From positions 2,728,001-2,792,000 of the forward strand of contig CP075493.1 of NCBI GenBank assembly GCA_021613535.1: DNA of 64,000 bases, written 5' to 3'. A program made the position numbers and the translations under genes. The stretch's first letter is position 1. The number at the start of each line of letters is the position of its first letter. The stretch comes from Adineta vaga. Lineage: Eukaryota; Animalia; Rotifera. The notes under the pieces were generated by a model. The model had not been told where the DNA came from. It did no database searches and saw only the letters and a program-made list of their open reading frames with translations. This document shows, one piece after another, positions 1 to 16,098 of this stretch.

Positions 1-664
1 AAAATAGAGAAAAAAAAGAGACATATGAATGCCAATATATGTACAAAAGAAGTCGAACTGTGAAGAAAGTTAGAACCAATATATATTGCACACAGGGTCG
101 AGTAAAAGAAAGTTGAAGGAATAAGATGTCTTTCGTCTTCATAGGTTCACTGAAAAAGCACTAAAATAAAGGATGAACGAGAATCTGAGAGAGAGAGAGA
201 GAGAGGGAAAAAGAGAGAAAATGAGTGAAAGAAGACAAGAAGACGCGCACGCAAAAAGAAATTACTGATATTTTTTATACGTGTTTACAAAAAGAAGGTC
301 TTTTTTTTTCTTTTTTTGGGGGATTTTTTTGAGAATTTTTTCGATTTTTTTGTATGTTTTTGTTTCCTGAACGTTGAAGATGAATAGATTAGAGCGTTTT
401 TTTTCGCATAGAGAAAGAAAGACAATAGAAGAGAGAAAGAGAAAAATAGGTAGATGGAAGAAAGAAAGACATGAGTGTTATGCGTTGCTGAGCCGAAAAA
501 AAGAAAAGAAGTTGAACAAAAAATAGATATGTATGATGAGAAAAAAATAAATAGAAGTGAAAGAATAACGATAATAACAACAACAAGAGATATTTGACTG
601 GATTTTTTTTAATCTTCACCATTATTTATATCGTTACACCTCTCCTTACACACACACACCGTTT

Positions 665-2899
<2,235 letters not shown>

Positions 2900-3794
2900 T
2901 GTTTTCTTTCTCGATCACTGACTTGTCACTAAAAAAAACAATTAATTGAAATATAAATAAGAAGAAGAAAACAACAACGACTAATTGGCGAGAGATTTTT
3001 CAGATGTATACCTATTCGTTAAATGATTTATTTCGAATGATAATACTAGAAATAGAGAGAAAGAAAAATATATTTAAATCGAGGGTTCGAACGACTAAAA
3101 CAAAGAAAGAAGAGAGTGTGAACGAAACTCGAATATCATCGTTTCGGCTTATGTTAAATGTGTCTTCGAAAATGACATACGAATAAACGAGAAAAAAAGA
3201 AGAAGAAGAAAACAAGATGTTCTATGAAAAGAATTCTTTATACATACAAGAATAGCGAAGACTATCAGTAGATCGTAAGCAACCGCAAATATACATATAG
3301 AGAATAGATTCTTCTATAGAAGAGTAACAACACGTGTATTTGGACAGGAATGCGCGTTTGTTAAGTAAAGGTAATGATTGGCTCGAGATTGTCCAATCAA
3401 TTCTATGATATCACTCTCTCTCTTTCTTTCTAATAAACAATCAATACGGTAAAGTTTTCAATAACCTGGAGAAAAAAACATCAATGGAATATGAGCATTC
3501 GAAAGACACTGACTTCATAAAACAAATTCTATTGTAATTATTAAGTACAAATATTTTCGATAAAATCGAAAGGAAATTTCTCTTCAATAAATATCATTCA
3601 AACTTTATAATTAAATAACTTCGTCTTTTCAAAAAATAATCAGATTGAATCTTTAGAACACAAACTATTACAATCCATCGATTGTGAAAGAAATAATGAT
3701 ATTCATAACAATAAACTTCATGTTTTCTTTACGTTGAAGATCTGCTTGATAAAATTTTATTTGTTACTAAACACATACAAAACGAAAAGATAGA

Positions 3795-4857
3795 CTAGCG
3801 TGAACGAAAATATGCTCGTTGAGACATAACATCATTTTCGACATTTTCAAAAGCCCATTGATGACCAACAACGAGTAAACCTTCTCGTTCAGCTTTAAAT
3901 GCTTTCGATGGATCTTGTGGCATTGATACGGCAGCCATGTTCATTTGATCTTGCATCATTTTCGTTTGATCAGCAGCATTATTTTCTCCCAGAAGTAAAT
4001 TATTAATACCACGTTGTCCAAAAATATTGATTGCATACCACGATACAGATGATAACCTAGAGAGACATACCGAATTTAATTTTACGAAGTCAATACATTG
4101 AGAATATGTTACTAACCAACTGGCATCAAGTGTTGCTAATTCTACACCACGTTGTAACATTGGTTTAAATCGATATGTTAACGGAAATGGTACTTTTGCT
4201 AGAAAAAAGAAGATTGACTATCAAAAACTGTCGTTTTCTTCAGAATCTCAAACGTGATCTATAAGCTTCAAAATACATACTACAAAGAAAACCGCTAAAT
4301 GCCCAATTGATAACACCACCGATCACAATCATAGGAACCATATTTGAGATATTATTTTTGAGCATTTCAGTCATCATTGTTGGATCTATGAAATTTGATT
4401 TCGAAAAACATCAAATTAAATCATTTCAAATTTCTTTTACCAGTAATTGGATTTCGCATCGGTTGTTGACGAGTTTGTTGTGTTGTAAGATAACCATCTT
4501 CTTCGTTAGCAAAAAAGTGTTTTCGCATAATAAAACCCTAATATAATGCAAAAAAGAAATATACACAAAAGTCAACAAAAATTCCAACCTTCTTTGGAAT
4601 ATATTTTCCATTTTCACGTAAAAGTCGCGTACGAATAAGTGCTTGACTAAAGTATACATTTATATTCAAAATTAAGTACAATCAATTCGATATAAATCAT
4701 CCTATTACCTATCGGCTAATTGTTGTTTATCAACTGGTTTCTCACCAGCTGTAATAATGGAAATATAATGTCGTAACATACCAACAAAAAATGTTATAAC
4801 AACAATAGGCATAAAGACCCAAAATCGAATAGCAGAATCAAGTAATAATTCAACCAT
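3795..4857 (-). CDS. EMC3: ER membrane protein complex subunit 3
   Basis: [78 protein letters not shown]; several short introns. Confidence 0.95.
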
Positions 4858-5098
4858 TTTCGTTTATCTGAAAGAAAATTTGAAAAAAATAATATTCCTC
4901 TTGTTTTTTTCAGAAACAAAATGTCAATCTTTCACTCATCAATATGATTTTGATGAATTCCAATAACACAAATTATTTTCATGTTTAAACGATCATCTCA
5001 TCTGCCATAATAATACAATCGAAGATAGTTTTATACTATTTGATTTGGTTGTTATTAAACATTTTTACTCAATATTATGAAATAAGTACATCTTGTTA

Positions 5099-5926
5099 TC
5101 ACTGAGTATCACCATATGTATAAGAATCTTCATCATCAAAATATTTTTCTTCTTCATCACGTTCACGTATTTTGACATCATCAAGACTTTCATTGTTATC
5201 AATTGAGGCATAATCAATATTGGAATCTTCACCATTGAGAAATTGTTCTAAATTAAAAAACAAAGACGATATGTTTCATAATTCCTGCATAAAGAATCGA
5301 TCATTTCAATATTTACCTTTTTGAATAGCTAGAAATTCTTGTCGATATAAATCTCGTTCTGCACTTGGATATTTGACATCATCATCATTGTCATCTTCAC
5401 TTTCACTATCTTCTTTGTCTTGACATCTTGACTGTTCTTCTTTTTCAAATTCTTGTTCTACTCTTTCATGATGATTCATTGATTCAAGATGTTCCATATA
5501 AAAGTCTGATAATGGACCGTCAGCAGTTCTTTTAACCAGTTGTTTATTAGTGTCATCAGTCTCATATTTTCCAATCATTTGTTCATAAAGTAATGGTGAA
5601 CGTTCCTTCATAGCTTCATCACTAAAATACGTTCCATTCTCTATTAATTGTTGCATGTATGTATAGCGACGATTACTACGTATTTTATGACGATTTGGAA
5701 TAGATATTTGACGAATATAATCAGTATTTGGATCAAAGAATTCTTTTAAATCATCATCAGTTAAAATTGAACCAAAACGATAGATAAAATTCTCTGGATT
5801 AGTCGAATATAAATGATGAAGTATAGTATGTTTTTGTTCATATGTAAAATCTGGTTCATTACGTTGTTGTGATACAATCACTAAATTACTTGCACAAATT
5901 CGATCAAACATAGATGTTATATTCAT
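5099..5926 (-). CDS. CCDC97: Coiled-coil domain-containing protein 97 (DUF2052)
   Basis: NRRYTYMQQLIE..YFSDEAMKERSPLLYEQMIG; exon 2 encodes FLNGEDSNIDYASIDNNESLDD..ERDEEEKYFD. Confidence 0.9.
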
Positions 5927-5972
5927 CTGAAAAGGACGGAAAAAAAGAGAATACAGAAAAAGTCATTCATCA

Positions 5973-6573
5973 TTATTGTTTCGAATCATTTTTAATAAAT
6001 TCTTCCGCTTTTTTTAATATCACTTGCATATTTTCATGTTTTACTAAATCACAAGCTTCTTTTAGATTTGCCCAACTCAAAGCTTGATGTTCATCGGATA
6101 AATCTATCTGTTTTTCAGCATTACGAAGCCGTCCTAGATAATAGTAAACATCTTTGGGTTCTCCTTTCACATTATACGTTGTTTTTTCTACGAATTTATC
6201 ATAATAATCGAAATCATTTTTATCTAAACCAGCTTCTTCTTTTGTTTCACGTTCAGCTGCTTGTATAGGTGATTCACCAGGATCCAAATGACCTAATTCA
6301 ATATCAAAATGATCATATCTGTATCATAAACCGTTCTTTCGAAATGAAATATGAAATAACTACATTTTATTGTTCCTATTCTTCACGGCTGGTCACATCA
6401 GGTGTGATTTATCAATGAAAAATTTCTCTCTCATTAATGAATTCGATTTTCTTGAAATTCTTACCTTTGGGTGGTGTCCAATGATGTTGACCATAGGATG
6501 TTTGTAATAGCAAATATTGAATAGGTTTCTCTGCCAATTGTCGAAATATGATAAATCCTGCGGCTGCACTCAT
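5973..6573 (-). CDS. NUDT2: Asymmetrical Ap4A hydrolase (Nudix)
   Basis: Two exons give [51 protein letters not shown] (Nudix box) and LSDEHQ. Confidence 0.93.
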
Positions 6574-6964
6574 GTAGTTAAATCTACAAAAAAAAGGAAG
6601 AAAAAGAAAAGTTCTATGATCATATTATAACCCATGTCTTATGTGTATATGTATGTATATAATATTGTTTGGTCTCGAAAAGAAAAAAGAATAACAGCAA
6701 CAACAAGCAAAAACAATATTTATTTTGAGACGAAAAGAAAAATGGGCAGAAGAGAAAGAAAATAATGAACACCTACGAATAAAATGAACAATCACACAAA
6801 GTAAACGCGCAAAAGAGTAGAATTGAGACAGATAAAAATAGAAGAAAGTTTTCGTTCATTTCTTTCTTGTTTTGTTTTTTCAAGATGAGACATGATAAAG
6901 ACAAGTAGATGTTACTACTAATAAATGAATCATTTGTTTGTTTTCATTTCTTTTCTAAATTTAT

Positions 6965-9945
6965 TTATTCTATTTTCACAGCAGCATAAATTTTTCGAAC
7001 GAAGATATACGATGCAATAAAACCAATTGTTCCAGTCAAAATCCAAAATGTGAAACAGATCAAAAATGTATAACCAAAATAAAGCATCGATGGAACAAAC
7101 TCAGTGATTTCCAACTAAGACAACAAAACGATTGGTTTGTTTTTTGGTAATGAGAGAAAAAAAGGAGTGTTTCGTTTTCTTACTTTAGTAAAGAAATAAA
7201 AGATTGAATAAGCAAAGACATAGAATGCTGAACCACCAGATGCAATAAATGAGCGCCACCACCAATGATAATCTTCTCCGCATAATTGAAAATATGTTAT
7301 AACAATCGAGATTTGGGAACATGATACTAAAAATGAATGTATGCAATGGAAATATTCGAATCTTTTTTATACTTACTAATAATTATAATGAAGACGAGGA
7401 AGAGAAAACCAAAAAGATAATAATATTGATTTTCCCAAATAGCCGAGAAGATGAAGAATAATTCAATAAACATCGCACCAAATGGAAGAACGCCTAATTA
7501 AACATTTATGTTGAACAAAAAATCTTTTTCAATTATTAAATTTACTTACCAGCCATCAAAGTACTAAAAATCACAAAAAAAACACATCATTCAATAATAT
7601 ATCATTAAGAAGTGAATAGCTTTTCTTATTTACCTTAAAACTGGATGTAAAAACCATTGTTGTTCGGGTACTTGTCTTGGTATCTGATTAGTTCGAACTG
7701 GTTGTTCATAAGGCTGAAAGAAAATCTCATTTATATCAATAGAAATGTTTCTTTTTTTTCATCTCTACATACATGTTTACGGTAACCAAAATAGAAGCCA
7801 AGACAAACTAATGGAAATGAAATACCTAACCACATGACAAGTATGGCAAGCATAGTAGAAAATGGAACAGCACCCGATGAACGTCGTCCCCAGATGAAAA
7901 AATTTAGAAAGAAACCAATACTAAAGACAATTGCTGGATATAATGTTGCAGTCTAAATAACGAACAAAAGAGTTTCAAGAAAATCTTCAATCGTTCTCAT
8001 ATACTAAAGTAGCTGTTTGTTTCCAATTTGAACCTTTGATTGTCTTATAAATTCGACCAGCATAAAAACCAGCAACAAGCCTAAGACGAAAGATTCTTCA
8101 TTGGTGATATTTCATAGTATTTAACTTACCCCATAAATACATAGAGAAAACAAGCTGCTGTTATTAATGCGCCACGTGATGATGGCGAAAGCATTCCAAG
8201 TGCAGCAAAGACTAAAAAATCAAACTTTCAATTAAATTTGACATAAGAAATTCGAAATACAAACCAATGACGATAAATGACATTAGGAATATCTGAATAC
8301 CAGAGCCAATCAATGCGGTGAGAACATTCTTACGACGTGGTGGTCGAAATACATCACCATGTACTCTTTAAATAATCAAATATATATATATATTATTCGA
8401 TAAGAATGTAAATGAAAAGAGATAACATACAATTTCCAACCAGTTTCTTCAGTAACATCATCCTAAAGAAAGAAACAAAACTTGGTTTTAATATTTAGTT
8501 TCTAACTAGAACTAACTGAATCTTCTTGATTGTATCGTGCAATATCACGACGAAGTGTTTTGACAATAATCATTGATAATATTCCGGCAAGAAAGAATAC
8601 CACAATAACTGAATTGACAATAGAAAACCAATGAATTTGTACATCAGTCATGGCTAAATATGTGTCCCAACTATTGAAAAAGAAAACAAATCATTTTATT
8701 TCATAGTATTCAATTTCATTGATTTCTCGAATTCAAGGACTAAAACTTCAGTGATACGATGATGTGGCAGAATTCGAGCGTCATTGTTAGAATGACAATG
8801 ATTCATTTCGCAGAATGACTCATGTAAATAGATTTTTCTTCTCAAGTCCATTGATCTAAATTGAAATACATACCGACTTGCCCAACGTGTTTCACTTGCT
8901 GACCATTCGATTTCATAAGTCATTGTTACTTTATTTTCTTCTAAATAAACCGAATTTTTCAATATAAGGAAATAGTTGTCTCTAAGCATATTTTACCTTT
9001 TGGATTAATTTTTTGAGTGTCTTTACCATTTTGAATTGTACACGTACCATCATCATTCGTTGTTATTCGTTTTGAATCAAAACTTTTCGGTTCAACTTCA
9101 AAACCCACAACACGATAAATGTCTCTTTAAAACATAAAAATTTTTCATATGACTATCACGAAAATATCTATTCTTACTCAGATTCTTTATGATAAAATAA
9201 TTTAATAACTAAATGATTGTTTAAAAACACTTCATCGTCTTGCTTCACATACGTTCCTAATCGATAACCATGTTCATATAAAACATCATGTGTATCTACA
9301 TTTTGAAATTTCGTTGCACACGGAAGATTATCGACAAGACTTAAAAAGACAAAATTAGAATTCATACATTAAACTTTCGTTTCTATTTACAGATGAACAT
9401 AATAATTATTTCGAATACGTTTGCCCAGTGTTTCACTTTGTTCTTTAGATAGAGTAACATCTTTACAAAGTGTATGACATTGTACATTAACATCCATTTC
9501 AATCTAAAGATTTTAAAATAGAATATATGAAGTTCATCATTTCGTTTATTACTTTATATTTTGTATTAACAATTCGATCGCCACGAAGAATTTCTCCTAG
9601 AAAAAAAAATTGATTTTATTTGAACAAAAGAAATATATTCGTTATTCTTACCAAGATTTTCTGATTTGTATTTAGTTCCATTTGCTGGTTTACAATGAAC
9701 ACCAACATCATAATAATCATAGGGTAATTGTGTTTTTGTACTTGTCATTTTAACTGCCTAGAAAAACAGAATTATTATTAAATTCGTACAACGAAATGAA
9801 AAATAAGTCAAGAATTTCTTACTTTAACTTCGACATTTTCTCCTTTCCGAAAATCTAATGGTGCTACACCGGGAATGTAGAATGTCACGAATGGTTGTAT
9901 AAGAAAAACAATGCATATAAAGAGAATAAATACTATATTAGCCAT
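6965..9945 (-). CDS. TM9SF4: Transmembrane 9 superfamily protein, TM9SF4-like
   Basis: Signal peptide followed by [69 protein letters not shown]; C-terminal YAAVKIE; many short introns. Confidence 0.93.
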
Positions 9946-11134
9946 CTGAAATCAATCAAACGTATAAACTAGATGAGTAATATAGATACAAACAATTTTA
10001 ATGGTAGAAAGTAACGGTCTAAACGACAAAATTAGAACGTACAAAAAAATGTCAAAGATAGAAGAAGTAATAAATAAATATGTATGTATGATGCATTATC
10101 TATTTTTGTGTTCCATGTAGAAATGATGTTTATTTACAAAAAATGAAAAAAATGTATTTTTTCGATTTGAAAAAGATTTTGAGAAAAGAAATTTTCAAAA
10201 AAAAAAGATAAGTTTATTATGCACAAGATGTTTTTATTTGTTGCAGGAAATCAATCATTATTCATTATAGAGGGCGTTGCTAAGCAATTATATCGTTAGT
10301 GGCGAAATGCGATCTACAAGGCATCTAACTATTTGTAGGTATCCTATTTTATATACGATAATTATCCGGGATATGATTTTGCGTAGGAGTTTAAACGTTC
10401 TTTTTTCAAAATAGTAATAAAAAAGGTTTTCTCGATTCTTTTGAAAACAGTATGATTGACGAAGTTTTCAATCAATAAGTTCAGTTCATACTACTATGAA
10501 GAATATAAAACATTCAAGAACACTTCGTATAGTATTCTATAATAGAAATATCCTCTTGATATATATATATCTCCTCCGCTATTATCATCAATGAAATGGT
10601 GGGCACTAAGTAGTTGACGCAGACAAGTATACTTATATTAGCGTTCATTTATATAAATAAAAGAAAAAGAAGAATAATTTTATTAATCAAATCCCAAAGG
10701 AAATTAGTTTCATTTGGATAATGAATATCATCATACAAACATTAAATCGAGATTATAGGTCTCAAATATCTGCGACGTAATATAACAAAGCTATAGTTTC
10801 ATTTTAAACATTCATATAAAATTTCCAATGAAATATCTATATCATATCAAATGAGTGGAAACATGCCATTTTCATAACTCTAAACGAATGAGTTCATTGG
10901 TTTCTACTCAAAAATTATATAGCGACAAAAGAAGATCAAATATTTATTCGCGAAATAATCTGAATTATATATTTAGCTTCAAAATAAACATTCTAACAAC
11001 TGACAATTCTTTTCGTGAATTTTTCTTTTTAATTGTACTTGAAGAAATGATCATATTCACACGAATACTTATATATATATATATATACGAACAACAGCGA
11101 CTAGAAAAAAAAGAGAACAATTCAATGGAATAGT

Positions 11135-12377
11135 TTAATTCGATTGAGAAAGACGTGTCGATGTAATTGGCGTTAATCGATGATTGAAATAGATACTATT
11201 TTGTCGACTTTTCGATTGTTTTTGATTTCGTTTGTCAAAATATCGTCGAAAAACTGAACAGCTAAATAAACGAACAACTTCATTACGAAAACGTTGACCA
11301 CATATGGCATAAACAAAGAAATTGACACAAAAAGATGCAAAAAACCAAAGACGAGCTATATTTACAGCATCAAGCATCCATGTTGGTTGTTGTTGATTGA
11401 GCAAAAAACAAAATAACAAGAAATGATAAGGTAAATTGAAAACAAGAAAAACAGTTGAAGCTGCTAAAAGCATTTTCGTGGTTTTAGCTGAAGCTGTTGC
11501 TCGACATTGTGTTAGAACGAATACGAAATGATGCATTGGTATGATATAATGGCGAATGTTTTTGTGCTGTTAATAATGGTATGAACCGATTTGAGACATC
11601 TTTATATCGATGAATCGGTCGTACACATAATAATGAACGATTCTGTCGATGTAACAAACATTTAGCTTCATTATTGTTATTATTTTCGTTCGCCAATTGA
11701 GATGAATGAACACTATCCGAAGCGGATTGTCTTGATGAATTTGTTGATGAAGAATGTATTGGTAATTTTTGCATATATGCAAGTTTTCCTTTTAATTTAC
11801 AAACAATAGCTAAATTCATACATGTAATCATTGTAAATGGAATAATAAATGTAAACAATGTATCAAAAACAAGAAATGGAAATAATAATTTCTTCTGTCG
11901 ATCTTCTTCACAATGAACAACATTCGTTGTATTTGAACGTAATTTTGTTGTTGTCACTGGAAATGATAACGAGTAGAATATTGATGCGAATAATAATAAT
12001 GTCAATGCTAAAATTCGATTTGTACGTTGTTTTAAAAATGCTGTAGATTTCATGGGAAAGAAAACGGCAATTAGACGATGACTTGTATAAGCCAATGTAA
12101 AATTTGATGAAAGAAATGAAGCTATATGACTTAGATAGATAGTTAGCATACAAACAGGTGCGGTCATGATTGGAACATTCAATTCATCGAGAAAAACAAT
12201 AACAAGAATAAGAATAAATAAAAGATCAGTAATAGCAAGACAAGTAAGAAAAAAAGATGAACGTAATGATCGCAAACGTCGTTGTGAAAAGACGAATATT
12301 GTTGTTGTATTACCAATAAGACCAGTTAAAGCAATGGCTATATAATAGATAAGATGAAGTTTGGATGGTAAGGCCAT
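11135..12377 (-). CDS. Class A (rhodopsin-like) orphan peptide GPCR, split over two reading frames
   Basis: TM1 GLIGN, TM2 LAITDLL, TM3 SHRLIAVFFP, TM5 FIIPF, TM6 FLVFNLP, TM7 NFFVYAICGQRFR. The frame change near 11490-11525 needs a micro-intron or a frameshift. The start may lie in an upstream exon. Confidence 0.8.
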
Positions 12378-15300
12378 TCTTGCACTTCCAACACGAGAAG
12401 TAAATGATGATAATGTTGAAGATTGTGAAGTAGATAAAGTCACAGGCAAGAAAATTGACGTTAATGAGACAAGAGAATTGTTAGATACATTGAATGCATT
12501 AAATGAACTGTGAATAAAGAAAATAGAGAAATATTCTTTATATGTTATAAATAAAACGTTTGTATATATATATATATATGTTTGGTCTTTTAATTCTTCT
12601 CGCACTATCTCACTAATTAGCATTAAATGCTAATAACGAATGGAGAAAAAAAACGATCTTTTTTCAATTATGTACTCAAGTCTACATTGTATTTAATACC
12701 TAGGAAGAAGAGGAAAAAAAAGCAAAGTAACATGAATATAACTTTACCTTTACTTTTACTTATTAATAAATTTAGTTAAAAACAAGAACATCTAAATCTA
12801 AGTTTGGTTTGAAAAAAAAACCCCGGAATTATTTATTTTCTATTCAATATCTTATGGTAATTAGTCGAGAAGATGGAGATACATTTCCACAGCTCTTACG
12901 CATCAACTTTGCATGTTTTGCATACTAAATGAAAAGTATCTTTTATCATTGTTCTATCAGAACATTCTAATACTTTTAATTCTATATTAATTATCTATTG
13001 AAAGAACATAACCGATTTTAATCTTATATATGTAATTATTTCATTAACAAACCATTAGACATCGAAACAAAAATCTCAAGACGTATTCATTATGAATTCA
13101 AAAAGAAAATCTTCTCATCTAAATCTGTTTGTTCAATGAAACATGTTACTTTTCGTCACTCTCATCCTCAATTGATAGGTGTAATTCACCAGGTATATTT
13201 ATGTTCATTTTTTTATCTTAACTGAAAAAGAAAATAAATTTATCAGCTTAAGTTCTCGTGTTCTTTTTTTTTCTATTTTACTTATGAATACAATGAACGC
13301 AATTGAAAATCTTAGTCATTATCAGAAGATATTCGACATGATAAACGATGTTTTCTTTTCTTCTAGATACTGTCTTATGTCATGTGTCAGATCATTTTAC
13401 TTCTCCTAGTCGTGACAACTGGAGAAAAAAAAGTATTTTATAATTACAAACCAAAGAGAAATAAAAGTTTATAGAGACTAGTTAGAAAGAACATCTAGAC
13501 TTTTGACTTGATATGCAGATAAACGCAAAGGACATGTTACCTATTAGTATTTATCTCGCATGATATTATGTGTTTGATTTTGTTTTTCTTTTTCGTCGAT
13601 TGATTAATCGTTTCGATCAAAAAAATCTATCAATCTTCTATACTTTTATTGCGGTTATGTATAGATACAAACAAAAGTACGTCGTTAGCTACACACAACT
13701 TTTGATGATTTGTCCTCTTCTATGGTAACTCGATTATATTATCATATACGAGCAAACAATGTATAATAACAAATATGTAACAATGTAAATAGAGCGAAGG
13801 TTACGAAGTCGAATTTCCAAGGTTTTTCTTATACAATTAATGATCAATTTATAAGAGTATCATTACAAACAAACTTACATTCGATACTGGTTAACTATTA
13901 TATCATTCTAATGAACGATGTTTATGTTATATAGATTTTTCTTTTCAAAATGAAGACACCTACACAACTAATACATTATTAGCTATTCATTCACACGCAT
14001 GTACTTCGAAATCTGAGTTTGAGATGTCGAGTTTTTTTTTTGGATCTACTTAACTTCTCATGTTCTTATATTCTTTTTCTTAGTGTTGCTACTTTGTTGA
14101 TTGATAAATAATAATCTTATTCTAGTTGTAAATACTTTCATGTAATGGAATAAAATCAAACAAAGTCAAATTTTATTACCTTGATGTCAGCATTCTTTTC
14201 TTGAAACTAAGACTGAGAAAATATCGTTTATTCGATTTGTTTAAACATCAGTTTTCTCTATTGATAAAGTGATAAAGTCCAGAAAAACACTGTTATGAAT
14301 ACAAATTTACATCTTGACATGCTTAAAATTAGATGATAGAAGAAATATACTTAAAAGTCATGTCTGTTAGTTCTAGTTAAGATGATCTACTTCATCATAT
14401 TGTCTTAATGAACTTTATTCCGTTGATGAACTTAGATAAAAGTGAAGAGAAAGGACATGCTGAGAGAGAAAGGTGCATAATTATCATTGTGACACTCACG
14501 TCGCGATATTTTCAGTCCATTGAATCTTCGATAGGCCATACGTATAGAATGGTTTTATTGGGAATAGTTGTGAATCAATAGGATACAAATCTTCAATTGT
14601 TGAGTATGAAAGATGTAGAAAATGGAAATACAAGAAAACGCTCATTGTAAAAGATCGAAAGAATTCTGTATGATTTGCTTATCGAAACGAAAGAATGTAT
14701 TTAGATGGGCAAAAAAAAAGGAAAGGGAAAAAAACATGATTTGAATGATGTATTGAATATGTCAATCGCTGAATTTCCAATTAGTCACACATGAATATAC
14801 TTGTCGAATTTGATTAATATCAATTTTCTTATTTTTACGTCGAAAAAATGATTTAAGAACTTCTAAGGGCTAAGTTAAGTGAAGTAGTTTAAATTCTCAA
14901 AAGAATAATTTCATTAGAAGATACAACGAGAAAAATACTCATTTAGTTCTTTCATTTTTGCTAATTCTTATAATTATACGACATAATTACAATATGAGAC
15001 ACATCAAAACAAACAACTACGAATATAAATATGAGTTTTTCGTCGTTTTCTTTTCTCTTTATTTTTACCTAAAAAAAGTCTATTTTCTACTTATTTTTGC
15101 ACTGATATAGTATATACGGAATTTATCTTGTAATTATAGTTTAGATAGTATCAAAAACCGCCTTTAGCAAAAAAGATCAAATAGCATTTAATATAGCTCA
15201 TTTATTGTAATACATTCTTCCTCATTTTAAATAAATGTTTATTTTCTATCAATAATCTTGTTGTTTTTATAGTTCATATAGTTGAAATACAAATTCTTAC

Positions 15301-15705
15301 ATGTCGATATTGTTATCCAGATAATGATCATATGAAACATACATCTCCTGCTGTGCAATCAATCAATCAATCAATAGCACTCCTCCCTCAATTTTCTTTT
15401 TCTTTATGTCAACTAGGCATTTGACAGTTTCCAACTGTGCAATATTGAATATTTGAATATACATGAAATGATTGAATGATAACTTCATCTTTCGTTTTTC
15501 TTTTCATTGATGAACAAATCTATTTCTATTGATGATTATTGTATTCGATGAAGTTGACATATTAATTAGTTCAATGCATGAGTCTCCCGTTGTTTTAACT
15601 TTTCTCGCTTTCCAACTGTTACCTTTTCTTTCATGACATATACAATCAACTGATGGCAATGCCTTCTTTTAAATCATTTGACGTTTATTTCAACATTGTT
15701 CAAAC

Positions 15706-16098
15706 ATGGAAAAAACGAAGACTAACCAACAAACAACAACAACAACAAAGATGAACATTAAAAAACGTTCGACAACATTTGTTAGTAAACGAACAACAGC
15801 AACATCAACGATAGTTCAGGCGGAAAAAACACGTCGAGTTGCAGCTAATGCACGTGAACGTCGACGAATGAATGGTCTGAATAGTGCATTTGATCATCTT
15901 CGAACTGTTCTACCATCATCAATGTTTCAACAACAACGACGTTTTTCCAAATATGAAACATTACAAATGGCTCAAAGTTATATAGCTGCACTTCAATCCA
16001 TTTTACAATTAAATTCATCAACAAATACTGATCAAAGTTTAACTAATATGAGTAATACTACCGATGAAGATGTAGACACTCCTATGCAGGATTATTAA
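15706..16098 (+). CDS. Atonal-family bHLH transcription factor (intronless)
   Basis: [28 protein letters not shown]...[21 protein letters not shown] matches the Atonal/ATOH bHLH consensus. Confidence 0.92.
   Translation: MEKTKTNQQTTTTTKMNIKKRSTTFVSKRTTATSTIVQAEKTRRVAANARERRRMNGLNSAFDHLRTVLPSSMFQQQRRFSKYETLQMAQSYIAALQSILQLNSSTNTDQSLTNMSNTTDEDVDTPMQDY

Noticed and set aside
389-622. Hydrophobic 77-aa ORF downstream of TENT4
   Set aside because: Translation of a T-rich 3'UTR with low-complexity Phe/Leu bias.
12700-15400. Long gene-free stretch (also 52200-54900)
   Set aside because: No repeats, RNA genes or ORFs I can support; consistent with regulatory DNA of the adjacent TF/GPCR genes.
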